Positions 37,305 to 50,700 of a stretch of 64,000 nucleotides of DNA are shown piece by piece. Every line of letters begins with the position of its first letter. The stretch's first letter is position 1. A program made the position numbers and the translations under genes. The DNA is from Ginglymostoma cirratum (Eukaryota): assembly GCA_024137785.1 (NCBI GenBank), contig JAHRHZ010000144.1, forward strand, positions 38,291,729 through 38,355,728, given 5' to 3'. The notes under the pieces are model-generated. The model was not told the DNA's origin, did not search any database, and saw only the letters and a list, made by a program, of their open reading frames with translations.

Positions 37305-38331
37305 TAATTCAACACCTTCCGAGCACTAAAGTTTTCAGAAGATTCACCAAAAAGAATGAAGTTCCAGTTTTAGAAGGACACGCGGTTGTTTTCAGTACAT
37401 TAATGAGATAGTAGCATAATATAAAATACTCCGGGGCCACATAGGCGTATAGTTACCGTAAATCCGCACCACGGTTTTGCCACCAGTGTGTACTTCGTTG
37501 TTTAGTTTTTATATCATTAACCAAAGCACCCAGTGTATTTGCAACTATGAATCATTCTAACGTGCTATGTGTCGGATACCGGCGATATTAATATAAATAA
37601 CTGATTGTTCCTACAATAGAAGATAAACTATAAACGCCTTTCTACACCAGCGACCGAAAGTAACTTCCTACGAGCAAATAGCAACTCGCAAACTAAGGAA
37701 ATAATCAAAGTCTATTGATTAAAAGCGTCCTTGTTTTACAAAATATTTTGAGCTGCATTTGCCATAGGAGTACATGTGTCGGTATGCGTTTGAGAAGGTA
37801 GTTGCTAGTTACTACAATTCAGGATTCTGAATTGTTTTTATAATTTATACCAACCAGTGGTCTTCTTCCATCCCGAGGTCAATAATACATTGATGATCAG
37901 CTAATTTAAGCAAAATCCTCTTTGGGTCATTATAATCTCAGTATCCTTTTAGCAACACTGATTTTCGGACAGAATTAGGGGCAATATAATGCCTTCTGAC
38001 GGAATATACCGCTTTGACGTCTGCTTTTAAACGACCAAGCGATTACAGTCAAATAGTGTTTATCGAATCGTAAATAACTTTTGAAACAGTCAGCAAAATT
38101 GAGATGTTTATAATTTTTTATTGTTATCGTGAGATACAAACCAGTGGACATGGATAGAACTTTCTGCTTAGTCTTTTGATATTTGCAGTACAGCATCAGA
38201 TCTATTGTCACATCTATGGTATCTAGTGAATACTGCAAAGGATCAGGGAGTAAGCGAAAAGCTACTATCTTATTATATTTTTACATCTTCATTACATTAA
38301 TTCCATTGTATTTTATCCAAGTAAGCACATC

Positions 38332-38337
38332 TTTATT
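38332..38337 (-). terminator. Candidate HoxD9 polyadenylation signal
   Basis: AATAAA about 790 nt after the stop; a more proximal one lies at 38844-38849. Confidence 0.4.
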
Positions 38338-39127
38338 GAAGTTGACACAATAAACACAAAATTAAAGCAGATCATGTTCACTCGTTACTAAAATAAGCTT
38401 GCTTCAGATTGTCCAAAACGCACAGAAAGATGTCCATGCTTTTTGAAAAAAAAACAACGTTTAAACACCTTTTAATTGATTTGTGTTCCTTAGTCAACGT
38501 GCCTTTAGTTTAATGACACTTTAAGGTTATTCGAAAAATGTGCATCCCATAACGACCATGATTGGTCTGCTAATTTCACTTGAAATATTTCAAATAAATA
38601 GTACATCTGCTCGACTCTTTATCAACACAGTGATAATGTCATTGCACTTGAAAATAACCGAATGATGTTCAGCTAGTGACATTTGTATTACATTTCACCG
38701 AATAATCGAACTAAAAAAATGGAATAGAAAGGCAAAGGATTTGCATTTCTTTATACTTATATCGAAATGGTACACTAACTGTACAGCGAAAATACAGCAT
38801 TTTACAAGTAGCACAACCAACGGAAATCTTCAAATTTCCATGTTTTATTTTTATATAAAACAAGTATATTATAATAATGTCAAAGTTTTAAAATAATACA
38901 GGCAACGTGCTGACTTCAGTTTAAGTTCCGTTTTAATGCATCCCAATAGCAGCAAGTCAGGAACAGTCTCTGGGTGAATGTCATTTGTTTAAACACGAGG
39001 TTGCTCTGGAGCAGTACAACACTGAGAAACATAAACCGTGCTTCGATTAGGCACCACTAGATAGACAAAACGCTTTATACACCGTCTGTAGGGTTTTCTG
39101 ACCTGTGGTTAAGAAACAGCTGTTCGT

Positions 39128-39369
39128 TCAAGGTTCTTCATTATTTTTCACCTTGTTCATCTTTTTCATTTTCATCCTTCTGTTTTGAAACCAAATCTTT
39201 ACTTGCCGCTCGGTAAGATTTAAAATTCTAGCGACTTCATAACGCCGGTCTCTGGTGAGATACATATTAAATAAAAACTCTTTTTCTAATTCAAGCGTCT
39301 GGTATTTGGTGTAAGGGCAACGCTTCTTCCTGGTAGAGCGCGCGTGGATCCAATTTATTGCGGGATGGC
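39128..39369 (-). CDS. hoxd9: Homeobox protein HoxD9, exon 2 (homeodomain)
   Basis: Acceptor tttcag|[74 protein letters not shown]. Confidence 0.97.
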
Positions 39370-39918
39370 CTGAAAGGAATGGGAGGGGGGGAAAAGCAAG
39401 AATTAAAGCATTAGCATCTCTTGAAATTTTCCATGGAATTTCAGACAGCTTAAAGAATGTCCACGTTCGCAATAATATTGATCAAAGCTGCAGTGCTCTT
39501 CCCCACTGCGTACTTGACAAGTTCAGTGAGATTTAATATACTGAGAAGTTGAAGCATTGATTTCAACTTATTTCGGGTCGTGTTGAAATGGGTTGAAATG
39601 AAACAGAAAATAATTTTTGATGGAAGGAATGGTAAAATACAGTTACAAAAGTTTAATTTGGGGAAAAAATCTACTTTCGACTTTCAAATTGCCCTGTAAA
39701 GTACAACGAGGAGGAATGCGCTGTCGTTTTAAAATCATGCCAGACTCAAATTTGTGTGTAAAAATTCCTGTAAACAATATGAACTCTTTACTATGGCCGT
39801 GGCTTTTCAGACTTGGGTAGGCGTCTAGACATTTTTATAGGTTTGTAAAACCATCAGCTTTGCATACTCGCTTCTACAGGTTCGGGTTGTAAATCAAGCT
39901 GCAATTTTTTGCACTTAC

Positions 39919-40474
39919 TTGGGTCAAGTTGCTGTTGTTTCTCCTCCTTGTGCTCACTGTTGCTCGTAGTCTCGGAGCTGGTGCAACCGAGCTCCTTGGG
40001 AAGCTTCTCCCTGCACTCTGGGTAGGAGCCGCAAGTGAAGTCCGGCAGGCTGAGAGTTTGCAGCTCATAGGAAGAGCACTCAGTCCTCTTGGTTGATAAA
40101 GTTTCTGGCTTGATCCCGTAATGCCGGCCATTAGGGTGGAATCCGGGGAAAGAGACTGAACTGGAAATCGGTTCTAACCACGACCGCATGTATCTACTGT
40201 CTCCAGCTGCAAGATGAGATTGATGCATGTAAGGATGATAGATTCCTGCAACGGCGGCAGAGGATTGAGGGTGAACGGGAGACCAGGGATTTGAAAATGC
40301 GGTTGACTTGGGGGTAAAACTGCAGGAAGAGAAATCTGAAGTGTCTGGTACACCTGATGGCCTTGAAGCTGTGCCGTGTGATCCTTGGGAATACCTAGCC
40401 GCATATAAGTCCTCTGTCTCTTGACCTATGAAAGAATCAACATAATAATTGTGTATAGTGCCACCGGTCGACAT
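39919..40474 (-). CDS. hoxd9: Homeobox protein HoxD9, exon 1
   Basis: MSTGGTIHNYYVDSFIG...YMRSWLEP...EEKQQQLDP, donor A|GTAAGT, phase 1; 265 aa. An in-frame ATG at 40495 would add 7 aa. Confidence 0.96.
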
Positions 40475-40574
40475 TTTAGGCTCTCTCGCTTTCATAGAAA
40501 AGGTTACACTGGAAAGTGTATCTGATACCTTCACACAGAACAATCATAGTATTTTGCCGACTGCAGTTGCAGCT

Positions 40575-40632
40575 ATTGGTTGCGGGACTCACGTGATTAT
40601 ATTTACCAATACAGCGAGTAAATCAATCCGCT
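40575..40632 (-). promoter_or_regulatory. Hox9 proximal promoter block
   Basis: Minus strand GGATTGATTTACTCGCTGTATTGGTAAATATAATCACGTG...CCAAT: Pbx/Hox-like TGATTTAC, CCAAT boxes and E-box. Confidence 0.6.
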
Positions 40633-43600
40633 CATCAGCCTGACCGCAACGGGGCCAAGCCCAGCTTTATACCAAATTGAAAACCATGCATTATGAATGG
40701 ACTAAACAAAATCACTTGATCAGAATTGTTGGAAAATTTCTGCTGGATCCAAAGGAGCAACATCTGCAAGCGCAGTTAAACCAGCCTGGAGAAACATGGG
40801 GACTACTTTCCCCGTCAGTTAATTAATGTCTGTCACTCATTTCATAATCAGCAGTGCGTAGTCCATGATCTATGTCAAGAGCAGATATCTGTTAGCTTAG
40901 TGCAATAAAGCGGCAAGAAAACACCTTCGAGGTACGTTGGTGCTTCTATCTGTACATCCCAGATTAGAAAAAAAAGCCTTTACAGACCATTGATTGGTTT
41001 ATCCCATAAAAGGAGTAAACGATATGTTGTAAAACGAAGAATTTGAGCTGCTTGTTTTAAAATCTGGTGTATAGCAACGTGCTGAGTCTATTTTCCACAT
41101 TTCGAATTTTCTTCAGCTAATATTTTATTTTGTTTTAAACATCATTGCATTTGAAGTAAACGGTTCTTCGCCCCTTTATAGTCTGTAGTCAGAAGCCACC
41201 ATAAATGCTTTTATGTCTATCAATAAAATTTTTATGAGGTGCATTTGATTATACATTAATGCGTCTTTAATAAAACAGGCCTCTTTTGGCATAGTGAAGC
41301 ACACTTAACCAAAACTGGACGGCAAAATATTCCCACAAAGGTGCGAGTATTCTGGTCTATAAATATGTTTGTCGTACATGGTCTGTTTATAGCAGACCAC
41401 TGTACCAGGGTATTCAAAAGAGGTGAATGTCCCCGCTTTTGGGGATTTAAATGCATCCCAGCTCCAGTGCAGTGTTTCAAGGCTGTCGCTGGTCGACACA
41501 ATAGAGAACTGCTGTGAGTTTGAGAGAAAGTGTCGAGAAGTTTGAACTGTTTCCGAATTTTAGAATATGATATCCATTAACGAGCTGCAGAGAAACGGCG
41601 TACTTCTTCAGATAGCACATTCATTGACGGTCCACCATGATACAAATCAGGCAAACTTCCTTTGTGAGAAAGGGAATAAGTTTAGTTATTTTTTTTTATT
41701 GAGACACATTTAGATTAATCCCTCTCTTCTTGATCGAACTGAACATTATTTTTTCAAATGGTCAGTAACTGCGCAGTAATCTTGGCATTCACCATGACGA
41801 GCTTATGGTAATTAATTGTGTCCATCTCACGGACGATTCACAAAATCCATCCGATTAAAACAAACTTTATTTTTATCGTCTCCGTTTACTTTCTTGTTTA
41901 TGGGCAAATACATTAATATTTGTCTTTTCTTCAAGATGAACGAGAAGAAAACATGCTTAACCGATCATGGTGAATGGTCAAAATAGGAAGATTAGGAAAG
42001 CTGAAAGATGACACACATTATGAACAGTTGAACTCAACTTCTCTGTGATATGAACTGTAATACATTACCTTAATGCACTCAAATCACTTTCTTCAAGCAA
42101 TTTGTAATCTTTGAAGACCTAATTTTCAATTTTACTTTGCCAAGTCAGATTTATCTCGATTTAAGGTTATACAAATAACAATCTTGCTGACTTTAGTTAA
42201 CACTTTCATACTTTTTTTCGCAAGTTGGCAGTTTTTGTGAAGTTGAAGCGATAGGAGCACGTTGATGGCAATTGTTCTACGTCATTAACAAATATAGCGG
42301 TTAGTTTCTTTCATGCTGGAATTTAAGAATAACGGAAGAAATCTAGGCTGCAGTTAGGTACGTGACTATTAGGTCTACACAACAGCATGATTTATATTTT
42401 TACAGTTAAGATTATTTCAGTAAAGCGAAAACAAACTCAAATTTCTACAACTTTGTTGTTTATAAAGTTGACGGGTTTAGAAGCAATGTCGTCAGAAAGC
42501 ACCACTTTTTGTTGATTGCCTTTTTACAGTAAGTCACGTAAAACTTTGTCTTTTACAGAGTTAACGTGGTTAAGATTGATTATCAACTATCTCTCCACCT
42601 TCACAAATTTACTCGCATTGAAAGAACGCATTGCAACTTAAATACCCGATGAACAGTGCGCCAGTGGTAAAGGATTACTTTTCTTGTAAGTTTCCTGTCA
42701 TGTGATACAGAAGACAAAACCAAAGTGCCCTGTTTAAATAATAGGTGCATTTGCACGGATCGGGATGCTACTAAACTCCAATTGGGAATTACTTTTCTAT
42801 TTATAACTGTTATCAATGAAAAGTAAGTACTTTAATCATTTATAGCTTTATAGCATTCATGTTAATTCACTTTCAAAGTACAAAGACGGTTGTTAAAACG
42901 AATTGAGCAAACTGTTCTCTGCTGTAGAGTAATCAGAGAGAGAAAAAAATAGTATTTGTTGGACTGAAGTTAAAAGTAATTATTATGCTAAACGATTCCT
43001 GCAATATTTCGGTTCTTGATTGTGTAAGAACTATGCTTTGTTTCAAACTTGGACTTGATTGAGTTAGTGGATGCGCTTAATTCGGTTTCATTTATACATC
43101 TGTTTTTACAATGCCCTTGTCCACTCTGTAATTTTAAAAGTTTCACGATTTTCCTATGACACACACACAGAATACGTGTTTACTTTAACGACTTTACAAT
43201 CTTTATGACACTAGTGTTTATGACATTATCGAAGGATTTTTGCAATGTTGAGATAACAGTAAGTCCGGCGTACTTGTTGCCATAACATTCGTGTCTTTTT
43301 GTCTTCTTCTTAAAAGGTAGTTCCGTACAATTATTGACAAAGAGTAGGAACTCGGTGGGCTTTGAAAAGAAGTGCATCCGTAAATTCAGATTTAACTTGA
43401 CTCCTGACGCTCTTCATTAATTAGATTGAGCCTTCTCCATTACAAAAAAAAGTGTACCAAATTAAACCTTTGACTAGCCGTCTCATTCAGCTCATTCTCC
43501 GCTCCTAACGCTTTGATTTGTTTCTTGTCTATGAAAATTAGATTAAGGGATGGCCTTTAAGAAATATCACGGAACTATGCGAAACTCGTTACGTTGTGCG

Positions 43601-44142
43601 CTAAAAAATATCGAAGATCTAACCATGTCACTGAAGTTATTATGTTTTATTTCCGCGGGTGGCAGTTACAAGATAAGCTGCGCATCCTAAAAGAACAGAG
43701 CATTGAATTCATGATGTTTGATCCCCACTGCAACCAAATATTGTTAGTATTTCGCACCGGATAAAATAACACTTGAGCATGAAAATGATCGTTTGCATTG
43801 AACATGTGGGAATCGCTAATACAAAGTGTCTATTTATTAACAGCAAGGTCGCAGTCATAAAGAAAAGTAGTTTTGATGTCCTGGTTAAAGTAAAACGCAA
43901 ATAAACAATGAAGCAGAACTGTGAAAGTTTTGTTTTCGTCAATAAAGCGGGTTACTATTTCCCCTAAATATTTCCTCAGAAAATCTTAACATTGAATGTT
44001 ATTGATCCAAATTGCTAAGTTAGACCTCACTTGCTTATGCCGCATCAGTAGATTTAGCTACAAACAGAAAAACGAAATGTACGGCGTATTATTGACGACA
44101 AACAAATCAGCGCATAGAGAAAAAGCATGAATAAATATGTAA

Positions 44143-44262
44143 CAAAAACAGAAATGCTGGAAAATCTAGAAATACTCAGCAGGTCAGACAGCATCCGCGG
44201 AGGGAAATCGAGCTAAAGTTTCAGGCGATTTCCAACGTTTTCTGTTTTTTTTTCCAGATTCG
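44143..44262. mobile_element. Older, internally deleted relative of the short repeat with terminal inverted repeats
   Basis: aaaaacagaaatgctggaaa...actcagcaggtcagacagcatcc...tttccaacgttttctgttttt. The ends are inverted repeats and the middle matches the 7112/24282 copies. Confidence 0.65.
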
Positions 44263-45341
44263 CGACATTCCCAGTGTTCTGCCGTTCGTTAAATAACTGC
44301 CTGCCCATTTTGGTGCCAGTTCCTAATTAATCTTTTTTTTATAAAACAAAAATAGACGTATATGGGCACGATAAGCCATGTTTTGATAAATTGATGTCTA
44401 CATGTGCAAGTTTTGTGGCTTGTCTCAAATTAGAGGCACTGCAGATTTTTTGTTTAATTTAGAATCTTGCAATTCAGTGTTAGTCTCCTACCTGTTACGA
44501 AAACGTAAAGTGATGTTCTAAAGTATAGTGCAGGGAAATACTATTTAATTAATATCTGCATTAACATCTGTATTAATATTTGCGTAGCTGCATTTATCAA
44601 ACCTTAATCTGTTATGAGAAACACTATGATTGACGTTGTTAAATCATTTTGTTGAAATATCCACAAATAATTTAACAAATTCACCTGTGGCCATTGGCAA
44701 AGCTTCCCAAGTTGTGAAATGGATTGAAGAAAGTGAAATCTAATTTAGGATTTATTATTTATATTTTTATATATATATACGTGCAACAGACACATGCATA
44801 TAAATAGACATGAAAATTTGCATCACGACTCCATCACAAACTCCAAAAAGGATCTAAGAATTTCTTCTAGAGACCTGATGAGTTTAACACGGTATTTTGT
44901 GGGACTACTGTTCAAGAGCAACTTCAGAATGAACAATTCAAATTGTCTGTTTCTGATACAATTTTTCACGATATTGTCACGTCTGATTTGTAATCACTAA
45001 ATAAATTTCATTTTTCTGTATATCCTAATTTTGTAAAATGTGATGTTCTGACATACGGCACACTTTCCCGAAATTACACGAATAATTGTAGCATGACAAA
45101 TAATTTAAAATCTACTTACTAAACAAAGTAAGTAGTTTGTCCCACGTTAGAGAGAGCAATTTCTCAGAAAATATTCTTGTTAAGATAAACGTGCTATTGT
45201 ACTTTCAAACAACCATAACACTAAAATGGAGAAATCAGAATAGTTGACAATATCCCAGAATGGAGAAAGAGAAGGGTTCCAGTCTCCAGTTAATCATTAC
45301 AATATTAAATGTTTGGGATCTCAGTGTAATCGTATTCACAC

Positions 45342-45613
45342 TCAAGAGAAGGTTAGATTAGTGGTCAGTTCTCGAATTCGGGTTTCCCGGTTCATTTTCT
45401 TCAGCTTCATTCTACGATTTTGAAACCAGATCTTGACTTGTCTGTCGGTCAGATTCACGCTCTTACTTATCTCTAGACGGCGCTCACGAGTCAGATACAT
45501 ATTAAATAAAAACTCTTTCTCTAATTCCAGTGTCTGATATTTTGTATAAGGACATCTCTTCTTCCTTCCACTCTTTGCTGTTAGCCAGTTGCTTATTGGA
45601 GTTTTGATCTCTT
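45342..45613 (-). CDS. hoxd10: Homeobox protein HoxD10, exon 2 (homeodomain)
   Basis: Read by hand: [90 protein letters not shown]. Confidence 0.97.
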
Positions 45614-46821
45614 CTAGCAGAAGGAATAAATAAGAAATAGTATTTCAGCGAACGTGCCTCCAACACATAAATTCAAACAAAACCCAGCCAGGGCGATGAA
45701 ACAGAATACTGATACCTTAAGTTATACACAGTGCAGCAAACCTCTACACGTTCTTCACTGTTGTCAAATAGTAAAAACAAATATACATATTAATAATATA
45801 ATTTGGTTCAATTTAAAGATCAAATTTCTTACTAATTCAAGGAAAATTTTAAAAACTGCTTTGGATATTGACAAACAGTATTATATCTCATGTTTTGTGG
45901 CAGGCTTCTTTGTGAATTGTTAACTAAATCCCAGAACATTAAAGATGCACGGACAACAGACAATTCGTCATATACGGATGTATGATTAGTAGGCAATACT
46001 ATTACTAGTGAATGAAATGTAAAGTTGTAGGTTAGTTGCACCGATAGAGTTTTTGCCAATAAGTCGTTTTTCAACTCCATAGCGCAAATTTAATGATTGC
46101 AAAATCTTAACAGTACAAACCTATGTGGCCATGACAATAATTCCTGAGGTAAATCTTAGGCTATTAAACATACTATCTTTTCCACTTATCAAGCATGTTA
46201 ATTGGAATTTATGATTGTATGTGCTAGCAATATTTCAAGTTCTTAGTATGGAACTTCTATTACTGCTCATTGTAATATGTCACATATCCAACATAAACTA
46301 TGGCAGGGAAAACGACCGTTTTAAATGCGACTAGCACTTTCCATCGAATATTCCTAAGTCAGCAAATGGTGCAAGTAGCTTACTTTTCACAATAGAATGA
46401 GTAAGACTGAGTTTGCGCTGTGCCTCTAAATATAGAAATAGGTGTTCTTAATATTTGTAGTTTACGGTAGTAAAAGTTTCGGGTTGCATTTTAGGAGTGG
46501 ATTAGGAGACACATGGCAACTCTAAAATGAAATTATCAATGTTAGACTGACATCTGTAAATGATTTGTTGGTCTTTACTACGTCATTAACAATGTAATGG
46601 TATTACGGAGTACATTTTTCAACAAGTAATAAAATAAAATTATCCTTTTCTGCGACATTTAGCAGAGTTTGTTTCTCGTTTGCAAATATTGAAGATCAGA
46701 AATACATATAAACCAGTCAAATACACTGTCCTGATATAGTTATGTATTGCAGTGACAATGCCAGTTTTTCTATCGGATGTACGATGTTGCCACGTTCAGA
46801 TTCAATATATTAAAGGCTCAC

Positions 46822-47560
46822 CTTTAGCCTCGTTATCCGATAGTTCCGAGCTAGATTCGGCTTCCTCAGCGGGTGCACTGGCCTCCACTAAACTCGGCTT
46901 TCGTTCAGGAGTTTCCACATAAATTCCCTTAACGGATTCCTGTGCGTTTGGCTTCTCGTTTATTTTCCCTTCCATTAGTGACTGGTTGGATACCTGGAGT
47001 TTACTGATAAGCCCTAGGTTTGACTGCGGCATTACATTTGAACGGATCTCCCCAGCTTGATTATAATCTAGGCTTTTCTCCAATGGATAAGCCTGACAGA
47101 GTCTGAAATATCCCGGGATGGGGATCTCAGGATTTTCAATCGAACAGTTTTCGGACACCAATCTGGGATAGGTAGGGATTGCGGTCGGGTTGAGTTTGGC
47201 TCGTTTATCTGAATTATACATGCAGCAAGTGCTTTCCTCCTTTATGCTAGCAGGGAAGGAGCACGTGGGCATCTGTGGACTAACAGGTTGTTCAATTCGG
47301 CATGGCCTGGAAGGGTCAGGCCAGCCATCTACCTGAGATATATACGGATGAACGCTGATGCTCATATTTTGATGGCTAACCTCTCCTCGTTTAGTCATGG
47401 TCGGGAGCAGTCCACAGGTCTGCATTCCGTAAGTTCCCATATCCGTGCTCGATGGCATGTACATAGAACTACTTGAATAGAAACCGTCACCCCGACAAGC
47501 ACTAATCAGGGAATCTACTAAAAACGAGTTCGTAGCGGGAGAGCTGTTGGGGCAGGACAT
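46822..47560 (-). CDS. hoxd10: Homeobox protein HoxD10, exon 1
   Basis: [23 protein letters not shown]...PIPGYFRL...DNEAK, donor G|GTGAGC, phase 1. Spliced CDS 1011 nt, 336 aa. Confidence 0.97.
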
Positions 47561-47649
47561 TTTGGAGAGTAATTTGAAGGAGGCAGATGATGTCCTTTGT
47601 AAGCTGACATCTCTAACAAAACATTCCCCGTGTAATTGTGGATGCCTCT

Positions 47650-47700
47650 GTAGAACCACATGACCACTGGGCCAATGGAATTTGAAAATGGCCTTGAAGC
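47650..47700 (-). promoter_or_regulatory. HoxD10 proximal promoter block
   Basis: Minus strand GGCCATTTTCAAATTCCATTGGCCCAGTGGTCATGTGG: YY1-like GCCATTTT, CCAAT box and E-box. Confidence 0.6.
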
Positions 47701-50700
47701 ACTACCCGCCCCCCGCACATCACATGATCCACAATCGTTTGAATTTGAGCTTAACTGCGGACAACAGCGACACCTACAACAGCATTTCAAAAGCAGCGCC
47801 CACTGCAGCTCACTTAATTCCCACACAGACCAGCACTCAAACGTCTCATCAAAGCCATTCCTCATTCAATGTTATCCAAGACAGCAGTGATGATCATTCC
47901 GCTAAAATCCAATCATTTTGTTATTGATGAACAAAAAAAAATTGAAGAAAAAAAATCGCTGTAATTTCTGGCCTTTGGAAATTAAAATATAGTTTTTAGT
48001 AGAAAATATCAGCGAAATGAACCGTGTACAGAGCAGGTTTATGATCTGATTGCCTTTATAGTTTCAGCGACGCTGGCGCTGCATCAGTTGCATGCACAGT
48101 ATATAACACGGCAATTAGATGTATAACCTGTCAGACAGTCCACCTTGCTCTGAAGTGAACCAAACATTTGGTGAAATCAATGTAAGAAATTATTCTTTTT
48201 GCATTTTTATCTGCAATCACTGGTCCAACATTTTCCATTGTACGGTATTTAGCAGCAACCATAAGAAATAGTTCAACGTGTAATAAAGCTAATGTTAGCT
48301 TGGAAAATTGACCGTGGCTGTAAGAGTCTACATTTGAATTTCCATAGAATACCTTATGCCCTGTACTTTCCATTAAGATAGCTAGCATACAGGCTTTCAG
48401 ATGTTGACACCAAACACTTCTATAATGTAATTTCATTTGAATATTTGCATAGACACCTTTCAACACCGTGGCTGAGCAAAAGGCGATTTGCGATTCTTGC
48501 CATTACTTTCGATGAGTTAATTTAGTCAGTGTTTTGGCGTTTCGATTCAACTAGCTTATCCTAAAACAAAACTTAAGTTTCAAATTCTCTCACATGTTTC
48601 TTTTGAGCTGTTGATAACTGGACTGAACATGTTCCCACAGTCTGTCATCAAAACATCGCCAAAAGCAACTGAAAAGGCACGCACCACATTTGCTCCGCAG
48701 CGCCAGCAGTGATACTGCTTGTTGTTTTCAGGATTCACTCCTTTGATGGAGTTGCAGAGCTGTGTTAACACAACTTACAGCTATTTTTCCGAACTTTCCA
48801 ACTGGAGAAAATTTGCCGTTTAACGGCGCATGCCTACTTCCGGTCACTGGGAGAATCCTTTGGAGTTCAAGAAAAAAGCAAACCACGAAGGACATCAGCT
48901 ATGGAGCAGCTATGTGAATTCCACACAAGGCCGATGAGATTTTCTTCTCAACAAGACGAACAGGAAAGGGGACAGTGTCAGGGTCAAGGCTGTCACGGTT
49001 CCTCTCTTTATTTCTTTTGCAATATAAATGTAATGTTAAGAATGTTATCGGTTTTGCGAACGTTAGTCTAAATCAAACTTCAAAAATTCTACCGATATTC
49101 AAAATGAACAAAATATTAGAAGACGTATAAATAATTGCGGGACTTGTAAGTCACACTGAAGAGTATATATGCCATTTCCGTACATCATTTGCGGCTGTTT
49201 ATTTATCCAACATTAGTTTTGATTTGATCGATTTTGTAGTCCAAATCAGTACGGTTAACATTCTGGCGCCTGTGCATGTAAGTTTTAGGTTCGGTTGAAG
49301 CGAACACCGATTATAAACCATAACTTTGTATACTATGCCTAGATGTTTTGTCACACATACAAAACATTTGCGACCACAAATAGTTCTATGTATACATAAT
49401 TATCTGGATCATATTCATCCCAAATAGATCACAATCCGGCTGTTAACACCTAAACTTGTGTGAGCAAAAGTTAGCCAAGTTGGTTTTGAATGTTCTTCAA
49501 CTGTACTTTTTTCCGTGTGAAATCATTCAGCAGAACTGTAAGAATGACCTGAGAAACTAGCGATACGATAGGGTAGGCAATGCATCCATTTGGAACTATG
49601 ATACATCAATGAGAATGCTTATATTAGTTTATTCACCGTTTGAATTAAAAATGGGGTTGGAAGTAAAAAAAAATTGAGGTAAATCTAACCCTTCAGGCAA
49701 GGCCAGGAATAGTAGTATGAAGGAAAACCATTTGTTGTTTTGGGCCTTTTGGAATCTGTTTGTAACATGAGTGAACATATATAAACTGAAAAAAACAGAC
49801 TGGTACACTTTTTACATTATTTAGATCCTCGTTAAATATCATTAACGGAAAAGCATAACGCCTGGTCAGTGCTAACGTGAATGCAGTTTACCTTCTAGTA
49901 AAATAGCAATTGACTGCTATTGTTTTATTATTTGTAACGGGTACTAGTCATTAAAGATGTATAGCATGACTGTATCTGGAGTAATATGATGCTTCGACAA
50001 CTGCTGTGAGCAGTAGGCTAAGCTCGATGATTTGTTTATATATACAAGGAAATTTTGAACGAGAGCCAACAGTGTGCATTTATTACAAAACGCCACCTCA
50101 TAATATAAGTAAGACTCAAATTCATGGCGAACAAAGTCAAACCAATTGTAGTTTTTTAAGCGGTGAAAAGCAAAATGTCTAGGGGTAGTGAATTTGGAAG
50201 TAAGAAAGACAAGACCCGACGCAGACAACAGATACTTCTTGCAGCCTTGAACGAGAGAATTCTCGGAGCCTTGAGGCCTGCACAGTACAGAACTGGTATT
50301 TATATCCAAATTATTATCTCAAAACAATATAACATCCAAGAGATGGCATTATATTTGAATGGGCAACGTACAGCTCAAAGTGTTTTCACCAGTAAATCTC
50401 TTTTTCATTTATTGCAGTATCTTCAGCTCAGTATCAGTGACTTGTGCAGACCATTTATTCGTACCTTACAATTGCTGTCATGTTAAATCGGCTATGTTGA
50501 AGGCAACATTAGTTAGTAATATTACTTCGGGAGTCTTTGCCACAATACATTTCTATTTTTAGTCCATTTATCAAATATGTAAGAAGATTGCTAAATTTGC
50601 AAAACCACTTTAATATTTTCGTCTACATTTACACTATTATTTATTCACGACAGTCTGTTGTTGGTTGCATCAATATGCTTATATAAAGCAAAACCAATTA

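Noticed and set aside
40650-45300. miR-196 locus between Hox9 and Hox10
   Set aside because: No TAGGTAGTTT on the minus strand was found, consistent with a HoxD cluster.
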